Below are positions 14,944 to 23,152 of a DNA stretch of 25,253 nucleotides, in pieces. Position 1 is the first letter of the stretch, and every line of letters starts with the position of its first letter. A program made the translations under genes and the position numbers. The DNA is taken from IMG/VR virus record IMGVR_UViG_3300014043_000003, positions 133,850-159,102 of that record; one strand, written 5' to 3'. This DNA is from a virus. Its lineage: Duplodnaviria > Heunggongvirae > Uroviricota > Caudoviricetes. Below the pieces are notes generated by a model. It saw only the letters and a list, made by a program, of their open reading frames with translations. It did not search any database and was not told where the DNA came from.

Positions 14944-15792
14944 TTAATTGTAGCCCTTCTCGGTTCTCTTCTCCCAGTAGGCGCTTCTCTCGGCCAGGGC
15001 CATGTCGATCAGATAAAACCGAGGCTCTAATTTGACGTCAAAGGGGTTGCACGCTTCCTCGCCGAGATTGCAGGAGTCTCCTTCATGGTAGCCCGTCATC
15101 ATAATGTCTATGGACCATGGCCCTTCGAGGCCCTCAACATTCTTCATGGCCTCGGCGACCATCTCTTCCACCAGATCCTTGTACCCGATGAAGGTGTCCT
15201 CCATCTTCTCCCGCATGGCGTCAAAGATGATCTTGTCCGTCAGGCCATAGAGATGGGGGTAAACATAGTCGTAGTCCCAGTAGTTGACGGTGAACAGGAC
15301 CTTTTTGAGATCGAAGTCATAGAATACGCGAAACTCCGGCCTTAACGGCAAACCGTTGTAGATACACGGAACAGTTCTTGAATCATACAGGACTCGCTCC
15401 CGCACGACAATCTCGCTTTCTCCGTAGGCATCGGCGCAGATGGACTCGTACATGACATTGGCAATGTGCTCCGCGAGATCATAGTAAAAGCACATCGGGC
15501 CTTTACTTGCATCGAACTTGTTTGAAAAAGTCCCATTCTTCACGAACAGGGGGCCAAAGAGGCCTGCCTCTTTCACAGTCGGCATCACCTTTTCATCTAC
15601 GAATTTCTGGATGTTTTCAATGTCTTCTTTGTAGTGTTCAAGGTAGAACGATTTGAAGAGCTCCGGCGGGACCGGAATTACAACACTCTTCGGTACTTCG
15701 ATGCCGCAGTTCTCGATCTTCGGAAACCAGTGAGAAAAGAGGTTCAGGCCCTCGGACCTGTCAAATGGTTTCAGACTGCCGTATACGTCCAT
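14944..15792 (-). CDS. ATP-grasp-fold protein (Cdc123/R2K-like), tentative
   Basis: LFVK..TFSNKFD, IVVRE, EFRVF, WSIDIM, YLIDMA motifs in ATP-grasp order. Confidence 0.55.
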   Translation of the reverse strand: MDVYGSLKPFDRSEGLNLFSHWFPKIENCGIEVPKSVVIPVPPELFKSFYLEHYKEDIENIQKFVDEKVMPTVKEAGLFGPLFVKNGTFSNKFDASKGPMCFYYDLAEHIANVMYESICADAYGESEIVVRERVLYDSRTVPCIYNGLPLRPEFRVFYDFDLKKVLFTVNYWDYDYVYPHLYGLTDKIIFDAMREKMEDTFIGYKDLVEEMVAEAMKNVEGLEGPWSIDIMMTGYHEGDSCNLGEEACNPFDVKLEPRFYLIDMALAERSAYWEKRTEKGYN

Positions 15793-15793
15793 A

Positions 15794-16420
15794 TCAGTTC
15801 CTCCCTGTGGAGCCGAAGCATCCTCTGTTCTTCTCGTTCAGATGCTCCACCGCTGTAATCTGGATCTTCGGCATTTTCTTTTCGATCTTGAACTGGCAGA
15901 TCCTATCATTCACCTTGATCTCCGTATCTCTGAGCGCATACGCAGAGCAGAGCCATTCATTCTCGTCGCCAGAGAAGGAATTGTCCACCACGCCGGGCGA
16001 ATTGGTGATGATGATTCCCCAGTTCTCGAACGTGCTGCCTCTTGGAGCGATCAGCGCTTCATATCCATCAGGAAGAATCATTCCCACTCCAAGAGGGATC
16101 TTCATGTAGTCGCCGGCCTTGATGCTGACGTCGATCGCCGACCGAAGATCAATCCAGTCGCAGTTTTCTTTCTGCTCCAAAGGCAGAATCTTGTCGCTGA
16201 AATACTTGACTTTGATTTCAATCATAGTTGTCTCCTCTGTTTCATCATCGTAGACCCAGTCCTTTTCGGACCGGTCATAGTGGCTGTTCGCCTTGCACCT
16301 GAAATCCCACATATCGAAGTTTCCCTTCTGCAATGGGCATTCATAGCAATGGACGCGATCATGTTCATCGCGGGCGCTGTACTTGGCGCAGATTCTCTTC
16401 TCCTGTTCACTTGTCAGCAT
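15794..16420 (-). CDS. dut: Trimeric dUTPase with in-frame N-terminal Cys-rich module (internal start at 16225)
   Basis: IDLRS, IAPRGST, GVVDNSFSG, DRICQF, RGCFGSTG (motifs I-V). Confidence 0.9.
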   Translation of the reverse strand: MLTSEQEKRICAKYSARDEHDRVHCYECPLQKGNFDMWDFRCKANSHYDRSEKDWVYDDETEETTMIEIKVKYFSDKILPLEQKENCDWIDLRSAIDVSIKAGDYMKIPLGVGMILPDGYEALIAPRGSTFENWGIIITNSPGVVDNSFSGDENEWLCSAYALRDTEIKVNDRICQFKIEKKMPKIQITAVEHLNEKNRGCFGSTGRN

Positions 16421-16718
16421 GCGGTGTTCCTTCCAGGTATCGCTTTTCGATGTGAACCGAGAAGATCCCGTCGCCGCACTCGATCCCGGCCGCGCGGAGG
16501 ATATTTCTGGCTCCCTTGGCGTTGTTCTCCGTGCGGAACAGCAGCAGCGTGCCGCGGGGAGGCATCGGATGTACTCCAATGAAGCCTTCCTGCTCCTTGA
16601 TGAGCTTCACGGCACTCTCAAACCGGCGTTTTACGAACGGACGCATCAGGAGATTCGGTAAATTTCCAACGCCAAAGGCCCACACCTCCGCCAAGTCTTT
16701 TTCTTGCGGTTTGTCCAT
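16407..16718 (-). CDS. Hypothetical protein
   Basis: ATG 16718 behind GAGGAG/AGGAG. Confidence 0.7.
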   Translation of the reverse strand: MDKPQEKDLAEVWAFGVGNLPNLLMRPFVKRRFESAVKLIKEQEGFIGVHPMPPRGTLLLFRTENNAKGARNILRAAGIECGDGIFSVHIEKRYLEGTPHADK

Positions 16719-16723
16719 TTCTC

Positions 16724-16927
16724 CTAAACTCCTCTTTTCACATAGGCTTTGCCCTTGCACGCAAGGTACTTGTCTGTCGGGATGTAGTCGGAAATGACCA
16801 TGATCGGGATATCTCTGCACTCTTCGCAGACGTGGTCTCCCTCTCCGATCGGGATTGCATTTTCACAGGTTGAGCAGCCGGGGCAGGCGGTGAGCAATGC
16901 AACACGTTCTCTCCATCTCTTTCCCAT
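16724..16927 (-). CDS. Small Cys-rich protein
   Basis: CSTCEN.IPIGEGDHVCEE; ATG 16927 behind GGAGGAG. Confidence 0.65.
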   Translation of the reverse strand: MGKRWRERVALLTACPGCSTCENAIPIGEGDHVCEECRDIPIMVISDYIPTDKYLACKGKAYVKRGV

Positions 16928-16932
16928 TCTGC

Positions 16933-17700
16933 CTACTCCTCCCATCCCTGAAAGTCTTCCCACGGGATACGCACCTTGTATTTGCCCTGATAGTACGTGG
17001 TGCCGACGCCGCAGGTCTTACAAAACTCGTTGAGATATGCCTGGAGCTCTTTCCTCTTCGCATCGGAGATGTCTAACTCGGCATCCTCGTACAGATCCTC
17101 GGTCGCACTTTCGATGACAGCATCGGCGTCGATGTGCATGTTCTCGGTCTCCGTGGTCCATACATACTCAGGCCGCGGATCTTCCGGGCTGTGATCGTCA
17201 GCCCACATAGCAAAGAAGGTCTCCCAGTCTCCGAAATAGCCGTCATCGTAGTTGAGATACTCCGTAAAGAACATCTCACACTTTTCGAGGACCTCCGGAG
17301 GCGCGATCGGTGCTTTCTCCAAACGCTCCTTTTGCTTGCGCTCTGCCTCCTCCCGGTCGAGCTTTCTCTGTGCCTCGCAGTTGTGCTTGGCGTAGCCGCG
17401 CGGAAGAATCTCGCCGCACAGCTTGCAGCGGTGTACGATCCCGTTGTAGCACTGCTGGCAGAAGGTCAAGGCCTGATGCTTGTACGGAAACAGCACTCCC
17501 CTGAGCTTATCCGGATCATCGCTGAGCCCATACACATTATCCTTAATCACCAGGCCGGTCCCGTGGCAGAACTGGCAGATTTCCTCGTTGTCGTGAAGAT
17601 CCTTGACCAGCGCTGCGTCCACCAGACTCTTGATATACTCCTCGTCCTTCAGGAAGATCCTCTTGGGCTTGACAAATTCGTCTTTCGTGTTTTCACTCAT
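16933..17700 (-). CDS. Protein with DnaJ-like CxxCxGxG zinc finger and acidic C-terminus
   Basis: CQFCHGTG, CQQCYNG, CKLCG. Confidence 0.75.
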   Translation of the reverse strand: MSENTKDEFVKPKRIFLKDEEYIKSLVDAALVKDLHDNEEICQFCHGTGLVIKDNVYGLSDDPDKLRGVLFPYKHQALTFCQQCYNGIVHRCKLCGEILPRGYAKHNCEAQRKLDREEAERKQKERLEKAPIAPPEVLEKCEMFFTEYLNYDDGYFGDWETFFAMWADDHSPEDPRPEYVWTTETENMHIDADAVIESATEDLYEDAELDISDAKRKELQAYLNEFCKTCGVGTTYYQGKYKVRIPWEDFQGWEE

Positions 17701-17701
17701 T

Positions 17702-18133
17702 TTAGTGGCTCTCCTTCTTGTCTATTGTGATGGGCGGTTCTTTGCTCTCTATAAACGGCGGCCTTGAATCCGGGGTATACAGGTTTTTCGGATGATCCTG
17801 ATCTTTCCAGCGGAAATGCCGGATTACGGCCCACATATCCTCCGCCACCATCATGTCTTCGGTCTTCCAGCACGGCTCCGGTTGAGCAATTCTGTACGCC
17901 GTCTCCATAAGGGGGACGCAGTCGTTTCTCCTTGTTATGTACCGTCGGAACAGTTCTCCGTTGTTGGGGTTATCCTTGTCAAAGACATAACCGTCCAGGG
18001 CGATCTCATCAGCGAAATCACTGAACTGACCGAGCTGAAGCCGGAAAAACCATTCGAGGGCTCTCTGAGCAACGCGAAGCTGGTTTTCCGTCAAAGTGAT
18101 CTGGTACTCTACGGGCTTGCCGCCTTTGCTCAT
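17702..18133 (-). CDS. Hypothetical protein
   Basis: 143 aa, ATGA overlap. Confidence 0.7.
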   Translation of the reverse strand: MSKGGKPVEYQITLTENQLRVAQRALEWFFRLQLGQFSDFADEIALDGYVFDKDNPNNGELFRRYITRRNDCVPLMETAYRIAQPEPCWKTEDMMVAEDMWAVIRHFRWKDQDHPKNLYTPDSRPPFIESKEPPITIDKKESH

Positions 18134-18351
18134 TCCTGCTTTCTCCTCTCATGGTGAAATCCTATGCGAGTCTGGGCATGCTTTGTTCGTGGGTATTTCC
18201 CTTCATAGCTGCGCATGCAGCTCCAACTGCAGAAGAAGTGCTTTTGGCTGTTGACGATGAGTTTATAGGCCAACATCGTCTGATTGTAGCAATAGAATTG
18301 CTTTCCGCAGTCCTCGCATTCCATCATACGTGCGCCAACTTGGCCTTCCAT
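18130..18351 (-). CDS. TRASH/MYM-like zinc finger protein
   Basis: CEDCGKQF...FFCSWSC. Confidence 0.65.
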   Translation of the reverse strand: MEGQVGARMMECEDCGKQFYCYNQTMLAYKLIVNSQKHFFCSWSCMRSYEGKYPRTKHAQTRIGFHHERRKQE

Positions 18352-18369
18352 GCTCTCCCTCTCTTCCGA

Positions 18370-19119
18370 TCAGGCAGCATCAATGTGAAGTTTGCGCTCG
18401 CGCTGCTCCGTCTTGTTGATCGTCCTGACCAGCTCGCGGTCGCCCTTGCCTCTGGCCGTAACGATATAACCTTCCGCGGCAAGCCCCTCGATCACCGAAG
18501 AGGCAAAATCGAAGGCAATGCGATCTCTGAAAACTCCGGCATGATCGGAGATTCCGATCCTGGCGAGCTTGATCTTGCCGATCGCGCACTCTGCTACCTC
18601 GTCCTTGAGGTGGAACAGATCACGGCGCTTTGTCACAGCCACAGCGAGTACCTGTTTCCTCACGTCCTCTTCCTTGCCGGAAAGGTACTCGGCGTATTCC
18701 TCATCCGTCATGTCATAGACAGTTTCGTAGAGATCCACCCAGCGCAGAGAGAATGTTTCCCTCTTGAGCAGACAGCCGGCGATCTTCCCAACATCGTTTT
18801 TGAGCACCGAGCCGCTGATCTCCTGCGGATGAATGTACAGATGACCCTTGCCATTGCTGGCATCGGTCATGCCATCCACGGTCCACCCGGCCTCACCGAG
18901 CGCCGCGGCAGCATCCTTGTAGAAAGCCTCGCGTGTTTCTGTCTTTTTGAAGCCCAGGCTGCCCCCCTCGTAGTAGCTCGGAGTCTCCACGCGGAAGTAC
19001 ACCTTGACGTACTCGTTTTCCCCATACTTTTCCTTGGGATTCCAGTTATCCGTGAGCTTCCCGTCGCTGCCGTACTGGCGTCCCTTCGTGTTATCGTGAA
19101 ACATGATTTTTCCCATCAA
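18370..19119 (-). CDS. Hypothetical protein
   Basis: 249 aa, GGAGGT RBS, overlap with upstream stop. Confidence 0.75.
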   Translation of the reverse strand: MMGKIMFHDNTKGRQYGSDGKLTDNWNPKEKYGENEYVKVYFRVETPSYYEGGSLGFKKTETREAFYKDAAAALGEAGWTVDGMTDASNGKGHLYIHPQEISGSVLKNDVGKIAGCLLKRETFSLRWVDLYETVYDMTDEEYAEYLSGKEEDVRKQVLAVAVTKRRDLFHLKDEVAECAIGKIKLARIGISDHAGVFRDRIAFDFASSVIEGLAAEGYIVTARGKGDRELVRTINKTEQRERKLHIDAA

Positions 19120-19355
19120 GATACCTCCCTTTCCACAACGGAGATCGTCAGATCCCCAATTTCTTTTCTGTCTCCGTCAGCAGCCTCAGCCCGGCACCAC
19201 TTGGCGAGTGCTTCGGCCTCGGCCCTCTGGATTCCGGCAACGCTGCAAAAGTTGAAAATCGAATAGTATTGCCATGCTTTGACAGTCAGCTTCTCCCGGC
19301 CGACCTTCAAGGTGGCGAATTTCTCTCTTACGCTTTCCTGGACCTTCTTCGCCAC
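19116..19355 (-). CDS. Hypothetical protein
   Basis: GTG start at 19355 behind GGAG. Confidence 0.6.
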   Translation of the reverse strand: MAKKVQESVREKFATLKVGREKLTVKAWQYYSIFNFCSVAGIQRAEAEALAKWCRAEAADGDRKEIGDLTISVVEREVS

Positions 19356-19362
19356 TCTCCGG

Positions 19363-19611
19363 TCAGGCTCCCTTCTCCATGACGAGCTCAAAGACGCGCA
19401 GCACCGGGATCTTGACCCAGGTGATCTTCCCAAAGCAGGTCTTGGCGTACTTGCTTTTCAGCTTCTCGGTCACGATCTCAGCAGCCTCACCAGCGCTTTC
19501 GGCGCTCACATTGCGGTCGAACGACACATTGTATGTCCTCTTCGTAGTTTCACCATGAGCGACGACCTCGCGCTCATAGGTAACGCTTCCGGTCACATAG
19601 TATTTCTTCAT
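19363..19611 (-). CDS. Hypothetical protein
   Basis: 82 aa, GGGGG RBS-like element. Confidence 0.65.
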   Translation of the reverse strand: MKKYYVTGSVTYEREVVAHGETTKRTYNVSFDRNVSAESAGEAAEIVTEKLKSKYAKTCFGKITWVKIPVLRVFELVMEKGA

Positions 19612-19627
19612 TTCCGAGCCCCCCAGA

Positions 19628-19972
19628 TCAATACCTGCTGTGTGCGTAGCCGGCCATCGAACGAATCACTATCCTGATCGCATCCGCGACAGTTTTTGCA
19701 TCATCCCAACTTTTATCGCCAACGAAGATGTACTCCTTGTGTCCGTTCGGAATGATTCCAATAACGGTGTGCGCCTCCTCAACAGTCTCCGGATCAAGGC
19801 CGCCGCAAATCTCAAACGGATACCTTTTCTGTCCCCAATCCAGATAGCTCCAGTTGATTTTGACGCTTTTCTTCCCGATGGAAGTAACGCTCCACTTCCA
19901 GTTTTCGTCCGCCTTGTCCTCTTTTTTGACAAGCTCCCGGATCAGATCCTTATACTCACGAAAGTCAATCAT
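19628..19972 (-). CDS. Hypothetical protein, first gene behind repeated promoter
   Basis: 114 aa, GGAGGG RBS. Confidence 0.7.
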   Translation of the reverse strand: MIDFREYKDLIRELVKKEDKADENWKWSVTSIGKKSVKINWSYLDWGQKRYPFEICGGLDPETVEEAHTVIGIIPNGHKEYIFVGDKSWDDAKTVADAIRIVIRSMAGYAHSRY

Positions 19973-20053
19973 CTTGTACCCTCCGTTTCACATGAAACGT
20001 CAATCAGCATTTTCAAATGCCACTTGCCATTTCCAAGCCCAAAAGAAAAGCGC

Positions 20054-20123
20054 CCTCTCAGCATCTACAGTATAGCAGATGGAGGACGCTTTTACAAGTA
20101 GCAAAATGCACAAATATTTGTGC
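20054..20123 (-). promoter_or_regulatory. Promoter/operator cassette copy 2: palindrome + TTGTAA-17-TATACT (TG-extended) + conserved +1 region
   Basis: -10 at 20069-20074, -35 at 20092-20097, perfect palindrome gcacaaatatttgtgc at 20108-20123. Confidence 0.8.
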
Positions 20124-20138
20124 TTATATTATACGATT

Positions 20139-20525
20139 TTACCCCGTCATCAGAACCTCTTGAGAGGCCTTCATTCTGGGGAGTTTTCCGTGGTAGACAC
20201 AGCCGAGTTTCAGGCGGCGGAGGGCGGCATATTGAGCCTTTGTAGGCTCCTCACAGATATAGTGGGTGTCCCACACAGCCATTGCGCCCGTCAGCCCCAG
20301 CAGCCAGGTCAGCCAATCTAAGTAGTAGCGCGGGGGCGTCATATCGCACAGCTCTTTTCTGCTCACGCCGAGCTTTTCGCATGCTGCCGCGATCGCCCAC
20401 TCCTGGTGTGAAGGTACGGCGTAGTGGATGGCGCCATCTGCCGTGATGATGACCTCCAGATAATGGCAGTATTTCTCCCTGTGCTTTTCGAGGTCGAACG
20501 GGGAGTACACATCGTAGTCCTTCAT
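20139..20525 (-). CDS. Phage hypothetical protein
   Basis: YLEVII..DG.IHYAVPSHQ motif, 128 aa. Confidence 0.7.
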   Translation of the reverse strand: MKDYDVYSPFDLEKHREKYCHYLEVIITADGAIHYAVPSHQEWAIAAACEKLGVSRKELCDMTPPRYYLDWLTWLLGLTGAMAVWDTHYICEEPTKAQYAALRRLKLGCVYHGKLPRMKASQEVLMTG

Positions 20526-20529
20526 GCGC

Positions 20530-21102
20530 TCAGCGGACAGGCCATTTGAAGCCGAAGTCCGTCCTCTTGATCTTGCACCAAGGCCGGCCGTCTTTCCAGA
20601 AGACGATGCCCTCGTAGTTATGAGATTTGAGGAAGTCTCTGATCCCCTCGTAGCTGCGGTCCGGGATCTCCAGCTTCAGCTCTCCATGTCTCCAAAGCGT
20701 ATCATGGGGGAGCTTATGGGGATTTCCGTTGAAGTGCGGGCCTACAGCCTCATAGGTGGCATTCTCCTCGAAAGGAAGCTGATCTGCGTTGTTGAAGGCC
20801 TCGACAAACCAGCAGTCCTCTTTGCTGCTCCAGTCCACCGGGACCCAGTGCGGCCAATGACCTGTTACAGGATCGGGCTTATCGCACTCGATGGCGCCTT
20901 CCGGGATCTTTCGGCCATTCTTGGCGTCAAAGCGCTTGTAGAACCGGCCGTCGATCATGGCCGTAGCCGTACCGTCAACCTTGATTGTGGCCTCTCCTTC
21001 GCCGCGGAGCACGCCTTCAAGGCCGGGCGTTACCTTGTTCAGGGCCTTAACCCTGTGATCAGGAGAGAAATCGCGTTCAAACAGCGTCGGAATTTTCTTC
21101 AT
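20530..21102 (-). CDS. ATP-dependent RNA ligase-like nucleotidyltransferase (DUF5565/RLIG1-like)
   Basis: Motif I KVDGT, III YEAVG, IV EGIVF, V KIK; also MKKIPTLF, GHWPHWVP, NGNP. Confidence 0.8.
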   Translation of the reverse strand: MKKIPTLFERDFSPDHRVKALNKVTPGLEGVLRGEGEATIKVDGTATAMIDGRFYKRFDAKNGRKIPEGAIECDKPDPVTGHWPHWVPVDWSSKEDCWFVEAFNNADQLPFEENATYEAVGPHFNGNPHKLPHDTLWRHGELKLEIPDRSYEGIRDFLKSHNYEGIVFWKDGRPWCKIKRTDFGFKWPVR

Positions 21103-22072
21103 TGTCTGTGCCTCCTTCGTTCATTTCCTTATATGCGTCGAGCTTTTCAAGAACCTCGGCCACACACTTTTTCCCCATATTGCGGAGCCGGAGAAGTCCG
21201 TAGTGGCCCTCCATTTCAAGGATCTCGTCCAGCTCCTCTAACGTGTTGATATCCGCCCTTTTCAGGGCATTGTATGATCTGGCAGACAGTTCAAGGCATT
21301 CTATCGTCTTCCCTTTTCCAAGCGCCTTCTTACGCTCCTCGTAGGCAGTGAGGATGGAGGATTCCTTATCCCTCAAGCGCTGCTCCATGACGCTCAGGTC
21401 TCTCTCCTTCGCATCCAGCTCAATAATATGGCGTATCTCCTGATCGGTGTAGTCGATGCAGCGTCTCTTGGACGGATGCCGCATTTTTCTTGCAGCTCTG
21501 ACGATGATCTGACGGGCTCTCTCCGGGGAAACCGAAATCAGCTTGCCGACATCCCTGAGCGTTTTCCCGTCTCTGAAATAGTAGAGGATGGCCTGGCGCT
21601 CACGGGGCGCGAGCATTCCGACAACACGCATCACCCTTTCCTCTATATCTGCCGGCGGGATCTTCGTGTACGGCTTGTAGATTTCATCCAGCAGGTTATA
21701 CGGCCACGGAGCTATGTACTTCTTCGTTGAATCAAGATATGGCTTCTCCGCCGTCTCCGTCAAATACCTCTCGTAGCTCTCCCTGATAAGGCCCTTCATG
21801 CCGTCGGAGGCACCGTATCTCGCCGTCGGATCGTCTGTCCTTCCGGTCAGATAGTCAAGGGAGACTTGGAAGAAGTCCGCGACACACACGAGGCTTTCGA
21901 TCTTCATGCCCACGTTTTTGTACATCCACGCGGCCAGGCTTGCTCTGGAGACCCCGATTCTTTCGGCGGCCTCTCCCACCGTATACGGAGAATCGTTTAC
22001 GATCTGCTTGAGACGTTCCTGAACGATGGGGTTGCAGAACTGATTTGTCCCTGGATAAAACTCTTTTCTCAT
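21077..22072 (-). CDS. XRE-HTH + sigma70 region 4 + RNA polymerase alpha-CTD fusion protein
   Basis: AERIGVSRASL...ADFFQVSLDYLTGR; LAPRERQAI...TLRDVGKLISVSPERARQI..RA.RKMRHP; IECLELSARSYNALKRADINTL...RNMGKKC. Confidence 0.88.
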   Translation of the reverse strand: MRKEFYPGTNQFCNPIVQERLKQIVNDSPYTVGEAAERIGVSRASLAAWMYKNVGMKIESLVCVADFFQVSLDYLTGRTDDPTARYGASDGMKGLIRESYERYLTETAEKPYLDSTKKYIAPWPYNLLDEIYKPYTKIPPADIEERVMRVVGMLAPRERQAILYYFRDGKTLRDVGKLISVSPERARQIIVRAARKMRHPSKRRCIDYTDQEIRHIIELDAKERDLSVMEQRLRDKESSILTAYEERKKALGKGKTIECLELSARSYNALKRADINTLEELDEILEMEGHYGLLRLRNMGKKCVAEVLEKLDAYKEMNEGGTDNEENSDAV

Positions 22073-22905
22073 CCGTTGGCCTCCATTTCCTCTAACAGGT
22101 TGACTTGGTCATTTGTGCCGAGACCGCCCGTACAGGCGATGTTCAGTGACCTTTCCGGGTCTTCCCGGTAATACTTCTGAATGTAGTATTTCTCGCGCTC
22201 CAGTATGTTCTCCCCCTTGGGCACGATCTCCAGGACCTCAAACGCATAGTCCGTTATTTTATCTATGGGAAATCGCTCTGTTTTGAGATGCTGGCCCCAG
22301 CGGAATATAGGGGCGTACTTCGTCTGGCCTACGTAGAACTCGCCGGTTGACTTCTTCCTGATGATATAGATATAGCCGGAGATCGGCTCATCGAACATCT
22401 CCCTCGTGATGAAGAACTCCTGATCATCCGCCGGGTGAAGCCTTGCGCGCTCGGTCTCCCTGTACCTCTGCTTGCAGGTCATGCTACAGAAGTGCTTGTC
22501 GGCGTAGTCCTGAATATCGTAGAAGTCGTTGCGGATCTCATACGGGGAGAAGCCTATAGGCTTGGAGTAGTATGTCTCCACTTCCGCACCGCAGCAGTCA
22601 CACTTGAAGCGGATCTTATCAAAATACTTGTTGGTATCGTAGCAGTGTTCCCCGATGATGATGCAGTACAGATCCCCCTCCTGGAGCTTCTTGCTGTACC
22701 GGAAGCCGATCTTGTCACCATACATAGACCGGATGATGTCTTTGAACTGATCACGGCTCTCGCAGATCAGACAATCCATCAGGAGCTCATTATTTTCAGC
22801 CTTGCTCGTTGACTCATAGAGTCCGAAGCCCAGCTTGTTTTCAAGGTTTTTCTGCCTTTCCTCTTCGCTCGGCACTTCATAGATTCGGTACAAAACTTCC
22901 AGCAT
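22069..22905 (-). CDS. GIY-YIG nuclease with upstream TRASH-like zinc finger
   Basis: GYIYII...FYVGQT...RWGQH...EREKYYI...LN; CDCC...FCSMTC. Confidence 0.8.
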   Translation of the reverse strand: MLEVLYRIYEVPSEEERQKNLENKLGFGLYESTSKAENNELLMDCLICESRDQFKDIIRSMYGDKIGFRYSKKLQEGDLYCIIIGEHCYDTNKYFDKIRFKCDCCGAEVETYYSKPIGFSPYEIRNDFYDIQDYADKHFCSMTCKQRYRETERARLHPADDQEFFITREMFDEPISGYIYIIRKKSTGEFYVGQTKYAPIFRWGQHLKTERFPIDKITDYAFEVLEIVPKGENILEREKYYIQKYYREDPERSLNIACTGGLGTNDQVNLLEEMEANG

Positions 22906-22932
22906 TAGTGTGTCACTCCACGCCGTTATATC

Positions 22933-23139
22933 TCATTTCCGGTTTTTCCGCCGGCTGCTTTTCGCTATTTTGGATTTCACATGCTTATGCTTGTGAAATC
23001 CCTTTTCGCGCTTTTCCCTTTTGGGGGATCTATAGTGCCCGTGGCCTTCCCCGGTCTTGAGGTTTGGCTTTTCCACCACAGGCAGGTCCATCCGCGGCTC
23101 AAAGATGTATGCGGCAGATCCCAGATCAAACATTCTCAT
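22933..23139 (-). CDS. Small basic protein
   Basis: Lys/Arg-rich tail KIAKSSRRKNRK. Confidence 0.55.
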   Translation of the reverse strand: MRMFDLGSAAYIFEPRMDLPVVEKPNLKTGEGHGHYRSPKREKREKGFHKHKHVKSKIAKSSRRKNRK

Positions 23140-23152
23140 TCACCCCGCTTCT

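Noticed and set aside
18151-19266. 371-aa + strand ORF (likewise 7082..8110, 4858..5634, 15842..16582, 20524..21249, 3866..4570)
   Set aside because: All lie opposite well-supported minus-strand genes or tRNAs; expected from codon bias in GC-rich coding DNA
19985-19999. Inverted repeat CGTTTCA-C-ATGAAACG region as a terminator
   Set aside because: Loop too short and no U tract; at most an operator-like site beside the RBS
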